DNA of 64,000 bases, taken from Hydrurus foetidus. Taxonomy: Eukaryota. Positions 55,742-64,000 of this stretch are shown piece after piece. The notes under the pieces are model-generated. The model worked only from the letters and a program-made list of their open reading frames with translations, ran no database searches and was not told the DNA's origin. Each line of letters opens with the position of its first letter. Position 1 is the stretch's first letter. The stretch is taken from positions 62,001-126,000 of the forward strand of contig UYFQ01000006.1 of assembly GCA_900617105.1 (NCBI GenBank). Direction: 5' to 3'. Made by a program: the position numbers and the translations under genes.

Positions 55742-57478
55742 ATGATTTTGATACCTCAAAGCACCATCGACGCCTACACCCGCAAAGGCTGGTGGGGCAC
55801 CACCACGCTGTGGGATCTGTTCTTGCACAACCTGCACGAACAGCCCGAGGCCGAGGCCGTCGTTGACGCGACCAACCGAACTGATTTCGCACCCGGTGCA
55901 CCGCAACGCTGGACTTGGTGCCAGTTGGGGGTACAAGCGGATCGCTGGGCCGCCTCGCTGCTGCGTCATGGCATCCAGCGCGACCAGGTGGTGGTCGTGC
56001 AACTGCCCAATTGCGTAGAGCAGTTCGCTGTCTACTTGGCGTGCGCACGGCTGGGCATTGTCATCACCCCTGTGCCCATACAGTACCGCGAGCACGAGCT
56101 GGCCCATATCCTGCACAGCACACAAGCGGTGGCGGCCATCACCTTCTCACGCATTGGCAAGGCTGACACCGGCCACGCCGTCGCCCAGATGTACCGAGAG
56201 CTGCAGCATGGCTACCCGCAGCTGAAAGCTGTGCTGGCACTCGACACGCTGGACGCCCCGTTGCCTGACGCGCAAGCCCTGACTACCGTGCAGATCGCCG
56301 AGCGCGCTGCCGCCGTCACGGCGAACGACGTGTTCAGTATCTGCTGGACCTCAGGCACCGAAGCCAACCCCAAGGGCGTGCCACGCAGCCATAACGAATG
56401 GCTCATCATCGCGCCCTCCATCATTGAGGCGGCTGAACTGGCCCCTCATTCGCGCCTGCTCAACCCCTTCCCCATGGTCAATATGGCGGGGATTTCCACC
56501 GCCTTTGTCACTTGGCTGGTGCTGGGTGCCACCGTGGTGCAACACCAGCCGTTCACGCTGCCGCTGTTCTTGCAGCAGTTGCGCGATGAACGCATCGACT
56601 ACACCGTAGCGCCCCCAGCCGTGCTCAACATGCTGCTGCAAAACGAGGCGCTGCTGGCGGGCATAGATTTTCAGCGCCTGTGGCGCATAGGCTCGGGTTC
56701 AGCCCCGCTGTCCGACTGGATGGTGCGTGGCTTTGCCGACAAGCACGGTGTGCAAATCGTCAACTACTTCGGCTCTAATGAAGGTGCGGCGCTCAGCGGC
56801 AACCGCATCGACATCCCCGACCCCGGCCTGCGCGCCCAATTCTTCCCACGCGCAGGGGTCGAGGGCTTTGAGTGGGCGGTCTCCACAGCCCTCAAGATCA
56901 AGACGCGCCTGGTCAACCTGGACACAGGCGAGGACATCACCACGCCCGGTGTCCCCGGTGAAATCCGCTTCTCTGGCCCCACCATCTTCAGCGGCTACTA
57001 CGGCACGCCTGAGTTGACAGCCCGCTCGTTCGACGCGCAGGGCTACTACAAGACAGGCGACCTGTTCGAGATCGCTGGCGACAAGAACCAGTACTACCGT
57101 TACATGGGACGCTCCAAGGATTTGGTGATACGCGGCGGTGTGAACATTTCCGCCGAAGAAATCGAAAACCTGCTGATGGCCTGCCCTGGTGTGCGCGAAG
57201 CGGCGGTGGTGGGCGTTCCCGACACCACGCTCGGCGAAAAAATCTGCGCCTGCATCGTGCCCACCACGCCAGGTGCGGTCAGCCTAGCGGAGCTGAAAGT
57301 TTTTCTGAAAGAGCAGAAAAAAGTGGCCATCTACAAACTGCCCGAGCACTTGCTGCTGCTGGACGCCCTGCCTCGTAACCCAGTGGGCAAGCTCGTCAAG
57401 CGCGACCTGCGTGAGCAAGCGAAAGCTATGGTGTCAGCAACGGCTGCTGCGGCAACCACCGGCAAGGCCAGCACATGA
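55742..57478 (+). CDS. Acyl-CoA synthetase (AMP-forming)
   Basis: WTSGTEANPKG, FGSNEG, TGD, GRSKD, RNPVGK; start ATG 55742 after AGGAG. Confidence 0.92.
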   Translation: MILIPQSTIDAYTRKGWWGTTTLWDLFLHNLHEQPEAEAVVDATNRTDFAPGAPQRWTWCQLGVQADRWAASLLRHGIQRDQVVVVQLPNCVEQFAVYLACARLGIVITPVPIQYREHELAHILHSTQAVAAITFSRIGKADTGHAVAQMYRELQHGYPQLKAVLALDTLDAPLPDAQALTTVQIAERAAAVTANDVFSICWTSGTEANPKGVPRSHNEWLIIAPSIIEAAELAPHSRLLNPFPMVNMAGISTAFVTWLVLGATVVQHQPFTLPLFLQQLRDERIDYTVAPPAVLNMLLQNEALLAGIDFQRLWRIGSGSAPLSDWMVRGFADKHGVQIVNYFGSNEGAALSGNRIDIPDPGLRAQFFPRAGVEGFEWAVSTALKIKTRLVNLDTGEDITTPGVPGEIRFSGPTIFSGYYGTPELTARSFDAQGYYKTGDLFEIAGDKNQYYRYMGRSKDLVIRGGVNISAEEIENLLMACPGVREAAVVGVPDTTLGEKICACIVPTTPGAVSLAELKVFLKEQKKVAIYKLPEHLLLLDALPRNPVGKLVKRDLREQAKAMVSATAAAATTGKAST

Positions 57479-58194
57479 AGAACCTGCCTGTACTGCTGTT
57501 GATTCCAGGCATGCTCAACACCGTTGCGGTGTGGGCACCTGTCGCCAAACGCCTGAGTGGACACGCCGAGGTGCGCATCGCCAACGTGCAAACCCAGCTC
57601 AGCATCGCCGAGATGGCGCGCGATGCCTGGGCACTGGTGGCGGACGTACCCGTCAGCACACCGCTGGTGGTCTGCGGTTTTTCAATGGGGGGCTATGTCA
57701 CTATCGAAATGATAGCTTCTTGCGCACGACCTGTAAGCGCTATCGGCCTGTTAGACACTTCCGCCAGGCCAGAAGCACCCGAAGGTGCGCTGATCCGCGA
57801 GAAAACCATCGCCGCCATCGAGCGCAACTTCATCCGGGTGGTGGACAACGTGGCACTGCTGGGCACCAGCGCTGAGGCACAGTCCCAGCCCTTGTTGATG
57901 GCCGCTATCCGCCAAACCATGCTAGATACGGGGCCTGACTGCGCCATCCGCCAGAACCGCGCCATCATGGACAGGGGTGACTACCGCGACGCACTCACCC
58001 GCATCACCATCCCCTCGCTGGTGATGTGCGGTCGTGAAGACCGCATCACCCCACCCCACCTGTCTGAAGAGCTGGTCAGCCTGATCCCCGGTGCCCGCCT
58101 CGAATGGATTGACAACGCCGGCCACATGAGCCCGCAAGAACAGCCCGACCAAGTGGCCGAACAGCTGATGAAGCTGCTGCGACACCTGACCTGA
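57475..58194 (+). CDS. Alpha/beta hydrolase
   Basis: GFSMGG nucleophile, GREDRITP, AGHMS. Confidence 0.9.
   Translation: MKNLPVLLLIPGMLNTVAVWAPVAKRLSGHAEVRIANVQTQLSIAEMARDAWALVADVPVSTPLVVCGFSMGGYVTIEMIASCARPVSAIGLLDTSARPEAPEGALIREKTIAAIERNFIRVVDNVALLGTSAEAQSQPLLMAAIRQTMLDTGPDCAIRQNRAIMDRGDYRDALTRITIPSLVMCGREDRITPPHLSEELVSLIPGARLEWIDNAGHMSPQEQPDQVAEQLMKLLRHLT
57699..57753 (+). repeat. 55-bp coding-embedded motif, best-conserved copy
   Basis: cacta tcgaaatga tagc ttctt gcgc acgacctgtaa gcgc tatc ggcc tgtta. Confidence 0.8.
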
Positions 58195-58246
58195 CCCGCG
58201 CAGGACGCTTGAGAAACACCCACCTCCATTTGAAGGAGACAAAACC

Positions 58247-58432
58247 ATGCAACGAAACCATTTCATCCGCGCACTCAGTGTCAGTCCGCTGGCGCTGCTC
58301 ACCAGCGCGGGCGGCGTGCAAGCCCAGAGTTTTCTGGCCCGACCACTGCGCGTGGTCGTGCCCTTCCCCGCCGGGAACACGCTGGACACCGCGCTGCGCC
58401 AGGTTGCCGAGGTGTTCAAGGCTTCGGAATAA
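58247..58432 (+). pseudogene. Truncated Bug/TctC (TTT) substrate-binding protein
   Basis: RBS AAGGAG; signal peptide then AQSF.ARPLRVVVPFPAGN.LD...R, the typical Bug N-terminus; stops at 61 aa. Confidence 0.75.
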
Positions 58433-58470
58433 AGCCGCACTTTTAAAACACGCCCACACTGACCGAAAAC

Positions 58471-59442
58471 ATGCTTAGAACTTTCCCACTTCGCCTCCCG
58501 GTTTTTGCCGCCCCCATGTTCCTGATCTCTGGCCCAGAACTGGTGCTGGCGGCCTGCAAGGCCGGAATCGTTGGGGCCTTCCCCACGCCCAATGCCCGTC
58601 CCATCGCGCAACTCAACGCGTGGATGAAGCAGATCACGGAGGGGCTGGCTCAGGCGCGCGATGAACAGTCCGCCACCAGCACGGAAGGTGCCCCCAACGC
58701 TCTCGGCCCCTGGTGTGCCAACCTGGTCACACATTCTTCCAACACTCGCTTGGCAGAAGACTTGGCACTGGTTGCCAAATACAAGCCTCCCATCGTCGTC
58801 ACCGCCCTGGGCAGTCCAAAGCCTGCCATCGAGGTCGTGCACGCCTACGGCGGTCAGGTGTTTGCCGATGTCATCAGCATTGGCCTGGCCAAGAAGGCCG
58901 TGGCGGCAGGGGCCGATGGACTGGCTTGCGTGTCGGCTGGCGCGGGCGGGCATACGGGTTTTCTGTCGCCGTTCGCATTCGTAAGTGCCGTGCGTGAGTT
59001 TTTTGACGGCACGGTGATCGTAGGTGGGGGCATCAGTGACGGCTGGGGCATTGCCGGTGCCATCGCTTGCGGGGCCGACTACGTCTACATGGGTACGCGC
59101 TTCATCTCGGTGCTGGAAAGCATGGCCCCACCCGACTACAAACAGATGCTGGTGGACAGCAGCGTCGATGATTTGGTGGTGAGTGCAGGCATTACCGGCA
59201 CCCCCGCGAGCTGGCTCAAGCCATCGCTGCTCGCCAATGGGTTGGATCCGGACAACATGCCCTCCGCACCGTCACGCCAGTACGACAGCAGCCAGTCTTT
59301 CAAAGGCAAAAAATGGACCGATGTTTGGGCGGCTGGCCAAGGTGTAGGTGCGGTAAAAGCCATTGAATCGGTTGCAACCGTGGTGAACCGCTTGGCCCAT
59401 GAATACCAACAGGCTAGAGTGCGTCTCGTGGCTTTGAGTTGA
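58471..59442 (+). CDS. Nitronate monooxygenase / FMN-dependent enoyl reductase family
   Basis: AAPMFLIS, GAGGHTG, YMGTRF, WAAGQG. Confidence 0.9.
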   Translation: MLRTFPLRLPVFAAPMFLISGPELVLAACKAGIVGAFPTPNARPIAQLNAWMKQITEGLAQARDEQSATSTEGAPNALGPWCANLVTHSSNTRLAEDLALVAKYKPPIVVTALGSPKPAIEVVHAYGGQVFADVISIGLAKKAVAAGADGLACVSAGAGGHTGFLSPFAFVSAVREFFDGTVIVGGGISDGWGIAGAIACGADYVYMGTRFISVLESMAPPDYKQMLVDSSVDDLVVSAGITGTPASWLKPSLLANGLDPDNMPSAPSRQYDSSQSFKGKKWTDVWAAGQGVGAVKAIESVATVVNRLAHEYQQARVRLVALS

Positions 59443-59469
59443 ATTTTTAATACACCAAGGAACACAACC

Positions 59470-60696
59470 ATGACTGAACCCGTTTACATCCTCGGCGGCT
59501 ACCAGACCGATTTTGCCCTGGCGTGGTCGCGCCAAGGCAATGATATTTCCGACATGGTGCGCGAATCCACGCTAGGCGCACTGGAAAACGCGCGGCTGGA
59601 CGCCTCAGCCATCAAGAGCATTCATGTCGGCAACGCCTTTGGCGAGTTGCAGCGCCAGCAGGCACACCTGGGTGCGATGGTCGCGCAGGTAGTGCCCGCG
59701 TTGTGGGGTGTACCGGCGATGCGGCATGAGGGTGCCTGTGCCTCATCCTCGCTGGCGGTGCTGAGTGCGATGGCTGAGATTGAGGCCGGGCGTTACGACT
59801 GCATCCTGGTGGTCGGCGCAGAAGAACTAAAGAACCTACCGGGCGACGCAGCCTCGCAAAACCAGAATGCCGCAGCCTGGCAAGGTCATGAAGACATTGA
59901 ATGCAAGTTCATGTGGCCGGCAGGCTTTGGCCTGGTCGCGCAAGAGTACGAGCGCCGCTACGGGCTCGACCGCAAATACCTTAACCGCATCGCCGAAATC
60001 AACTATGGCAACGCCAAACGCAACCCGCTGGCGCAGACGCGTCAATGGCAATTTGACCCTTTGAGTTTCACCGACGATGACGAAGCCAATCCGGTGATCG
60101 AGCCCGGCAGCCGTCGCCAGGACTGCGGCCAGATTACCGACGGGGCTTGCGCCGTGGTGTTGGCATCGGCCCGCTTTGTGCAGGAGCAGGGGCTGGTAGC
60201 GGACAAGCTGGCACGCATCACAGGTTGGGGACATCGCAATGCAGGCTTGCGGCTTAAGGACAAGTTCGAACGCAGCCAAGGCCAAGCTTACGTGTTCCCC
60301 CACCTGCGACAAACCCTGGAAGACACCTGGCGCAGGGCAGGCGTACCCGGTGTGACGGCGATGGATGGCATCGAGACCCACGACTGCTTCACCACCACCG
60401 AGTACGTGGCCATCGACCACCTCGGCCTTACCCCGCCCGGGCAGAGCTGGCAGGCGGTGGAAGACGGCAGCATTGAGCCGGGCGGCCGCTGCCCCGTGAA
60501 CATGAGTGGTGGCCTGATCGGATGTGGTCACCCCGTCGGCGCCACCGGTACACGCATGCTGTGGGACGCTGCTCGACAGGTTACGGGCCAGGCGGACGAT
60601 TGCCAGATTGAAGGGGCGAAGCGCATACAGACGCTGAACATCGGCGGCTCTTTTGCGACAGTGGTGAGCTTTGTGGTTGAAACTGCCCCAGCCTGA
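59470..60696 (+). CDS. SCP2-type thiolase
   Basis: EGACASS, HDCF, GHPVGATG, NIGG. Confidence 0.88.
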   Translation: MTEPVYILGGYQTDFALAWSRQGNDISDMVRESTLGALENARLDASAIKSIHVGNAFGELQRQQAHLGAMVAQVVPALWGVPAMRHEGACASSSLAVLSAMAEIEAGRYDCILVVGAEELKNLPGDAASQNQNAAAWQGHEDIECKFMWPAGFGLVAQEYERRYGLDRKYLNRIAEINYGNAKRNPLAQTRQWQFDPLSFTDDDEANPVIEPGSRRQDCGQITDGACAVVLASARFVQEQGLVADKLARITGWGHRNAGLRLKDKFERSQGQAYVFPHLRQTLEDTWRRAGVPGVTAMDGIETHDCFTTTEYVAIDHLGLTPPGQSWQAVEDGSIEPGGRCPVNMSGGLIGCGHPVGATGTRMLWDAARQVTGQADDCQIEGAKRIQTLNIGGSFATVVSFVVETAPA

Positions 60697-60753
60697 CAGC
60701 ACGCCCAGGCCGTAAACGCTTGGACGATTAAGATCGGAGGCTATGGACATGGC

Positions 60754-61686
60754 ATGACCCCCCTCCCCGATCTCGACTTGACCCGTGATGCGCTGGCCAC
60801 CAGCACGCTCAGTCACGGCCTTCATCTTGTGGGCGACCGTTGGACAGTCGCCTTGATTTTGGGAGCTTATCTGGGCATACGCCGATTCAACGATTGGCAA
60901 ACACAACTTGGGATTCCACGGCACACGCTGACCGAACGGCTCAAATCACTGATGGCACTCGGCGTGCTGTGCCAGCGACCCTACCAAGAACGGCCCCTGC
61001 GCCACAGCTACCACCTGACGCAAAAAGGACTCGCGCTCTACGACCATGTGCTGATGATGTGGGCCTGGGAGCGGCGCTGGGGCTCACGCGATTTAACGCT
61101 ACCGCAGCAATTGCGCCACACCAGCTGCGGTCACACCTTTGTGCCCGAACTGCGTTGCACCGCGTGCAGCCACAAAGTGGGGATCACCGACCTGACGTTC
61201 TCGCTTCAGGTGGAGCCTTTGCTGAAAGCGCTACCCCCAAGTCGTCTGCGCGCCGCACGCCTACCAGCAGACGCAGGTCAGCAGCAAATAGGCTTGGGCT
61301 TGCTGGTAGACCGTTGGGCGGTGTTAATCATCTCTGCCGTCATGCTCGGTTGCCATTATTTCGATCAACTCAGCCATGTATTGAGCATTGGCAGCAGCGT
61401 GCTGTCAGGTCGCTTGGCAAGTATGGTGGACACAGGGCTGTTGCTGTGCCAGTCCGACTTGCGCGATGCCCGACGCAAAGTTTATCGACTCACGCCCGCC
61501 AGCAATGATTTGTTTGGCTACATCATCTGTTTTTCCAGCTGGGCCAGTCTCCACCACTTCCATGCGCCTAGTGCGATAGTGCCCACCCACAAAGGCTGTG
61601 GGCAGCCTTTTACGCCCACAGTGGGTTGCAGCCATTGCCAAGCAGGCCTGAAACCCTGGGATGTTCTGCCTTCATTTCAAGAGTGA
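60754..61686 (+). CDS. Tandem double HxlR-type winged-helix regulator
   Basis: Two DRW...RL..L...Y.LT units, each followed by H..CG / CxxC. Confidence 0.85.
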   Translation: MTPLPDLDLTRDALATSTLSHGLHLVGDRWTVALILGAYLGIRRFNDWQTQLGIPRHTLTERLKSLMALGVLCQRPYQERPLRHSYHLTQKGLALYDHVLMMWAWERRWGSRDLTLPQQLRHTSCGHTFVPELRCTACSHKVGITDLTFSLQVEPLLKALPPSRLRAARLPADAGQQQIGLGLLVDRWAVLIISAVMLGCHYFDQLSHVLSIGSSVLSGRLASMVDTGLLLCQSDLRDARRKVYRLTPASNDLFGYIICFSSWASLHHFHAPSAIVPTHKGCGQPFTPTVGCSHCQAGLKPWDVLPSFQE

Positions 61687-62820
61687 AAGCACATGCCCGG
61701 TACGCGGATCGCCCCGCCCGGCCAGCACTTGGGCATAGGCGGCTTGCACGGCATCCACACCGGCGTGGTATTCCACGGTCAGCCACGGGGCATCACCCTG
61801 GCAGACTTTCGCGCTGAAGTTGCGCCATGCCCCAACCAAGCGTTTGCCCAAGCCCTCGCCACCCCAATCGGCACTGCGCTTCTTGATCTGGGCAGGGGCA
61901 AAAAACAGCGTGGCGCGTGGGCCTGGCAGGTCTTTGGCGCCACCGAGTTGCTCGACGTGGGTGCCGCCGATGGAGCTGCTGTGCTTCAAGTTCACAAAGC
62001 GGGTGTGGATGGCGCGGCGCAACTCGGCGTTGCCTGCGAAGTCGATGTAGACGGCGGCGGCATCGGCGTTGATCTGGTCTAACTGGTCGTAGCGCAACAC
62101 GCGGTGGTAGCAACCCAGGCTTTCGCAAAAGGCCACATTGCCCGCAGAGGTCAGCCCGATGACTTCAATGCCATCGCGCTTAGCGAGCTGGAAGGCGGTG
62201 CCGTAGGCGGTTTTGCTGGACGCGCTGGAAAGCAGCATCACGCCCCGCTGGGGAGATTGCGCGCTGGCCACAGCACCGAAAAAGCTGTTGTCGTCCAGAA
62301 AGTCGTCAATCAGCCACGAGGTGATGAACAAGGGACGCAGCAGCGCTTGGATGGCCTCGGTGTCTGCGGTGTAGAACGGGTCGGCGCTGCACCGCATGTA
62401 CTGGTTGTACACAGCAGCCAGCGGGGCGCGGTGGGCAGCGCCATCGACAAAGCTGCTGGTCGAAGTACGCGTGGGGGTCAGCACCACGCTGGAGGCCATC
62501 GGGTAGTAGCCGTAGAATTTTTCGCCCACAGCGACACCCTCGGCGTGGCTTTCCACCACCGTCGCGAAGCCCCAAACAGGGATGCGACCCCAGGCAGCGG
62601 GCGTGCCATCCGACTGCGCTGCCACAGGGTAAAAACCCCAGTAGTTCATCGCATCGCCAAATGCAGCGTAGGTGATGTTGTTGGACGTGAGCGCGAAGGA
62701 TTCGATAGCGAGGCGGATTTGACCGTCGGCGATAACCCCGTCGGGCAACTCGCGCACGGCAGTTTGGGCAAGCTGGGTTTTGTGGACTTGGAAATCAAGG
62801 CTGGTAGCGTTGGTGGTCAT
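61672..62820 (-). CDS. DUF2855 family protein
   Basis: FALTSNNITYA, RIPVWGFA, SSASSKTA, FFAP. Confidence 0.85.
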   Translation of the reverse strand: MTTNATSLDFQVHKTQLAQTAVRELPDGVIADGQIRLAIESFALTSNNITYAAFGDAMNYWGFYPVAAQSDGTPAAWGRIPVWGFATVVESHAEGVAVGEKFYGYYPMASSVVLTPTRTSTSSFVDGAAHRAPLAAVYNQYMRCSADPFYTADTEAIQALLRPLFITSWLIDDFLDDNSFFGAVASAQSPQRGVMLLSSASSKTAYGTAFQLAKRDGIEVIGLTSAGNVAFCESLGCYHRVLRYDQLDQINADAAAVYIDFAGNAELRRAIHTRFVNLKHSSSIGGTHVEQLGGAKDLPGPRATLFFAPAQIKKRSADWGGEGLGKRLVGAWRNFSAKVCQGDAPWLTVEYHAGVDAVQAAYAQVLAGRGDPRTGHVLSLLK

Positions 62821-62869
62821 GGCAAAAGGGCTTTAAGGGGTTGTATTTTTCAAAGCCTGATGAGGCCAC

Positions 62870-62911
62870 AAAAAAGAAAACCCCCGTGTAACCAATGCAA
62901 CACGGGGGTTT
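62870..62911 (-). terminator. Intrinsic terminator (minus strand)
   Basis: 12-bp stem aaacccccgtgt / acacgggggttt followed on the minus strand by a U-rich tail. Confidence 0.8.
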
Positions 62912-63026
62912 CAAACAGCCACAGACTGGAGGTTAGCCGCATTGACATAACCCGTCAAAGTGCGCTCGACTGACCCGTCGCCTGCGCAACAGTAACTGAC
63001 TTTTAAGCGGCTAAAGGCCGCCTGAT

Positions 63027-63455
63027 TTAAGCCAAAGTCAGCGTTACGTCGATGTTACCGCGAGTTGCGTTGGAATAAGGGCACACGCCATGCGCCGTTT
63101 CAATCAAATCTTGAGCGACAGCACGGTCCATACCGGGCAGGCTCACCACCAGCTTGGCAGCGATGCCAAAGCCTGCGGGGATGGGGCCCAAGTCAACGCT
63201 GGCGTCGATAGCCGCATCAGCAGGGATGACCAGCTTTTTCATGCCCGCAACGTGCTTCATCGCACCCATGAAGCAAGCCGAGTAGCCTGCTGCGAACAAT
63301 TGCTCAGGGTTGGTGGCATCGCCCTTGCCGCCGAGTTCTTTAGGAGGGGCCAAACGCACGTCCAGCATGCCATCGCTGCTGCGGGAAGTGCCTTCGCGGC
63401 CACCGGTGGTGCGGGCGTGGGCGGTGTAGAGAACTTTATCGAGATGGGTGGTCAT
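63027..63455 (-). CDS. ohr: Organic hydroperoxide resistance protein Ohr
   Basis: [31 protein letters not shown]. Confidence 0.97.
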   Translation of the reverse strand: MTTHLDKVLYTAHARTTGGREGTSRSSDGMLDVRLAPPKELGGKGDATNPEQLFAAGYSACFMGAMKHVAGMKKLVIPADAAIDASVDLGPIPAGFGIAAKLVVSLPGMDRAVAQDLIETAHGVCPYSNATRGNIDVTLTLA

Positions 63456-63961
63456 AGCGGACTCCTGGGGGTTGAATGCTTCAGGATTGAAGCGGGGGGT
63501 GAAAAAGCAAAACGCTGGCGCAGGGCTTGCACTTGTTGCGTCAGCGCGACGAGTTCAGGCAGCGGACACTGGGTGATGCTGAGGATGCATTCGGGAATCT
63601 TGGCGGCGCGGGCTTGCAGGGCACGCCCCGCAGCGGTCAGGGTGATGTGGACACGCCGCTCGTCGTCCACCGCACGGAGGCGGGCCACCCAGCCCGCAGC
63701 TTCCATGCGCTTGAGCAACGGCGTAAGGGTGCCGGAATCCAAAAACAGGCGCTCGCCCAACTCAGACACCATCAGCCCATCACGCTCCCACAGCACCAGC
63801 ATCACCAAATACTGCGGATAGGTAAGACCCAAATCGGCCAGCAAAGGCTTGTAAAGCTTGGTCATCGCCAGCGAGGTGGAATACAGCGCAAAGCACAGCT
63901 GGTTGTCGAGCAGCAAGGCTGGGTTGGGTTGGGCTGTGGGTACGGGCGTTGGCGATGACAT
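63452..63961 (-). CDS. ohrR: MarR-family OhrR
   Basis: [34 protein letters not shown]. Confidence 0.95.
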   Translation of the reverse strand: MSSPTPVPTAQPNPALLLDNQLCFALYSTSLAMTKLYKPLLADLGLTYPQYLVMLVLWERDGLMVSELGERLFLDSGTLTPLLKRMEAAGWVARLRAVDDERRVHITLTAAGRALQARAAKIPECILSITQCPLPELVALTQQVQALRQRFAFSPPASILKHSTPRSPL

Positions 63962-63977
63962 GGTTAAATTATAGTTG

Positions 63978-63990
63978 ACAATTTAATTGT
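63978..63990. promoter_or_regulatory. OhrR operator
   Basis: ACAATT-T-AATTGT upstream of ohrR. Confidence 0.75.
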
Positions 63991-64000
63991 GTGCAATATA

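Noticed and set aside
57424..57478. Possible motif copy in the acyl-CoA synthetase tail
   Set aside because: GCTA and the GC positions fit, but the TAGC block and T-rich end do not; too weak to count
1..64000. CRISPR array, tRNA/rRNA, integrase or IS transposase
   Set aside because: No regularly spaced repeat-spacer array, recognisable RNA gene or transposase/integrase motif seen by eye; the 55-bp motif is dispersed, not arrayed

Overview
GC-rich betaproteobacterial chromosomal window. Gene content suggests Comamonadaceae (Rhodoferax-like); this is an inference. I see no rRNA, tRNA, CRISPR array or intact IS. In order it carries: an RHH-PIN toxin-antitoxin pair; a LysR; two envelope-glycosylation clusters; a LysR / haloacetate dehalogenase / leuCD-paralogue unit; a TatT-TRAP (TPAT) transporter; ior-arfB with Lrp; a small-protein + nucleotidyltransferase pair; Crp-DUF2892; a Pho-box-preceded phoA-phoA-hypothetical unit; an AAA+/DUF4143 gene and gene remnants; two MerR modules; a partial atu (acyclic terpene) operon; an ECF sigma / ferritin-like / cytochrome c / folE unit; srkA; a divergent CoA-dependent catabolic cluster built around a carotenoid-cleavage-type oxygenase; DUF2855; and ohrR-ohr. 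The most striking unexplained signal is a degenerate, fixed-spacing ~55-bp DNA motif (nGCTm-N9-TAGC-N5-nnGC-N11-GCnn-N4-GGCn-TTTT). I found about 12 copies by eye, all overlapping coding sequence, on both strands and in all three sense frames. Two other palindromic repeat types sit in frame within genes. Start codons were adjusted by eye from the ORF track, and all family calls rest on motif recognition rather than database searches.
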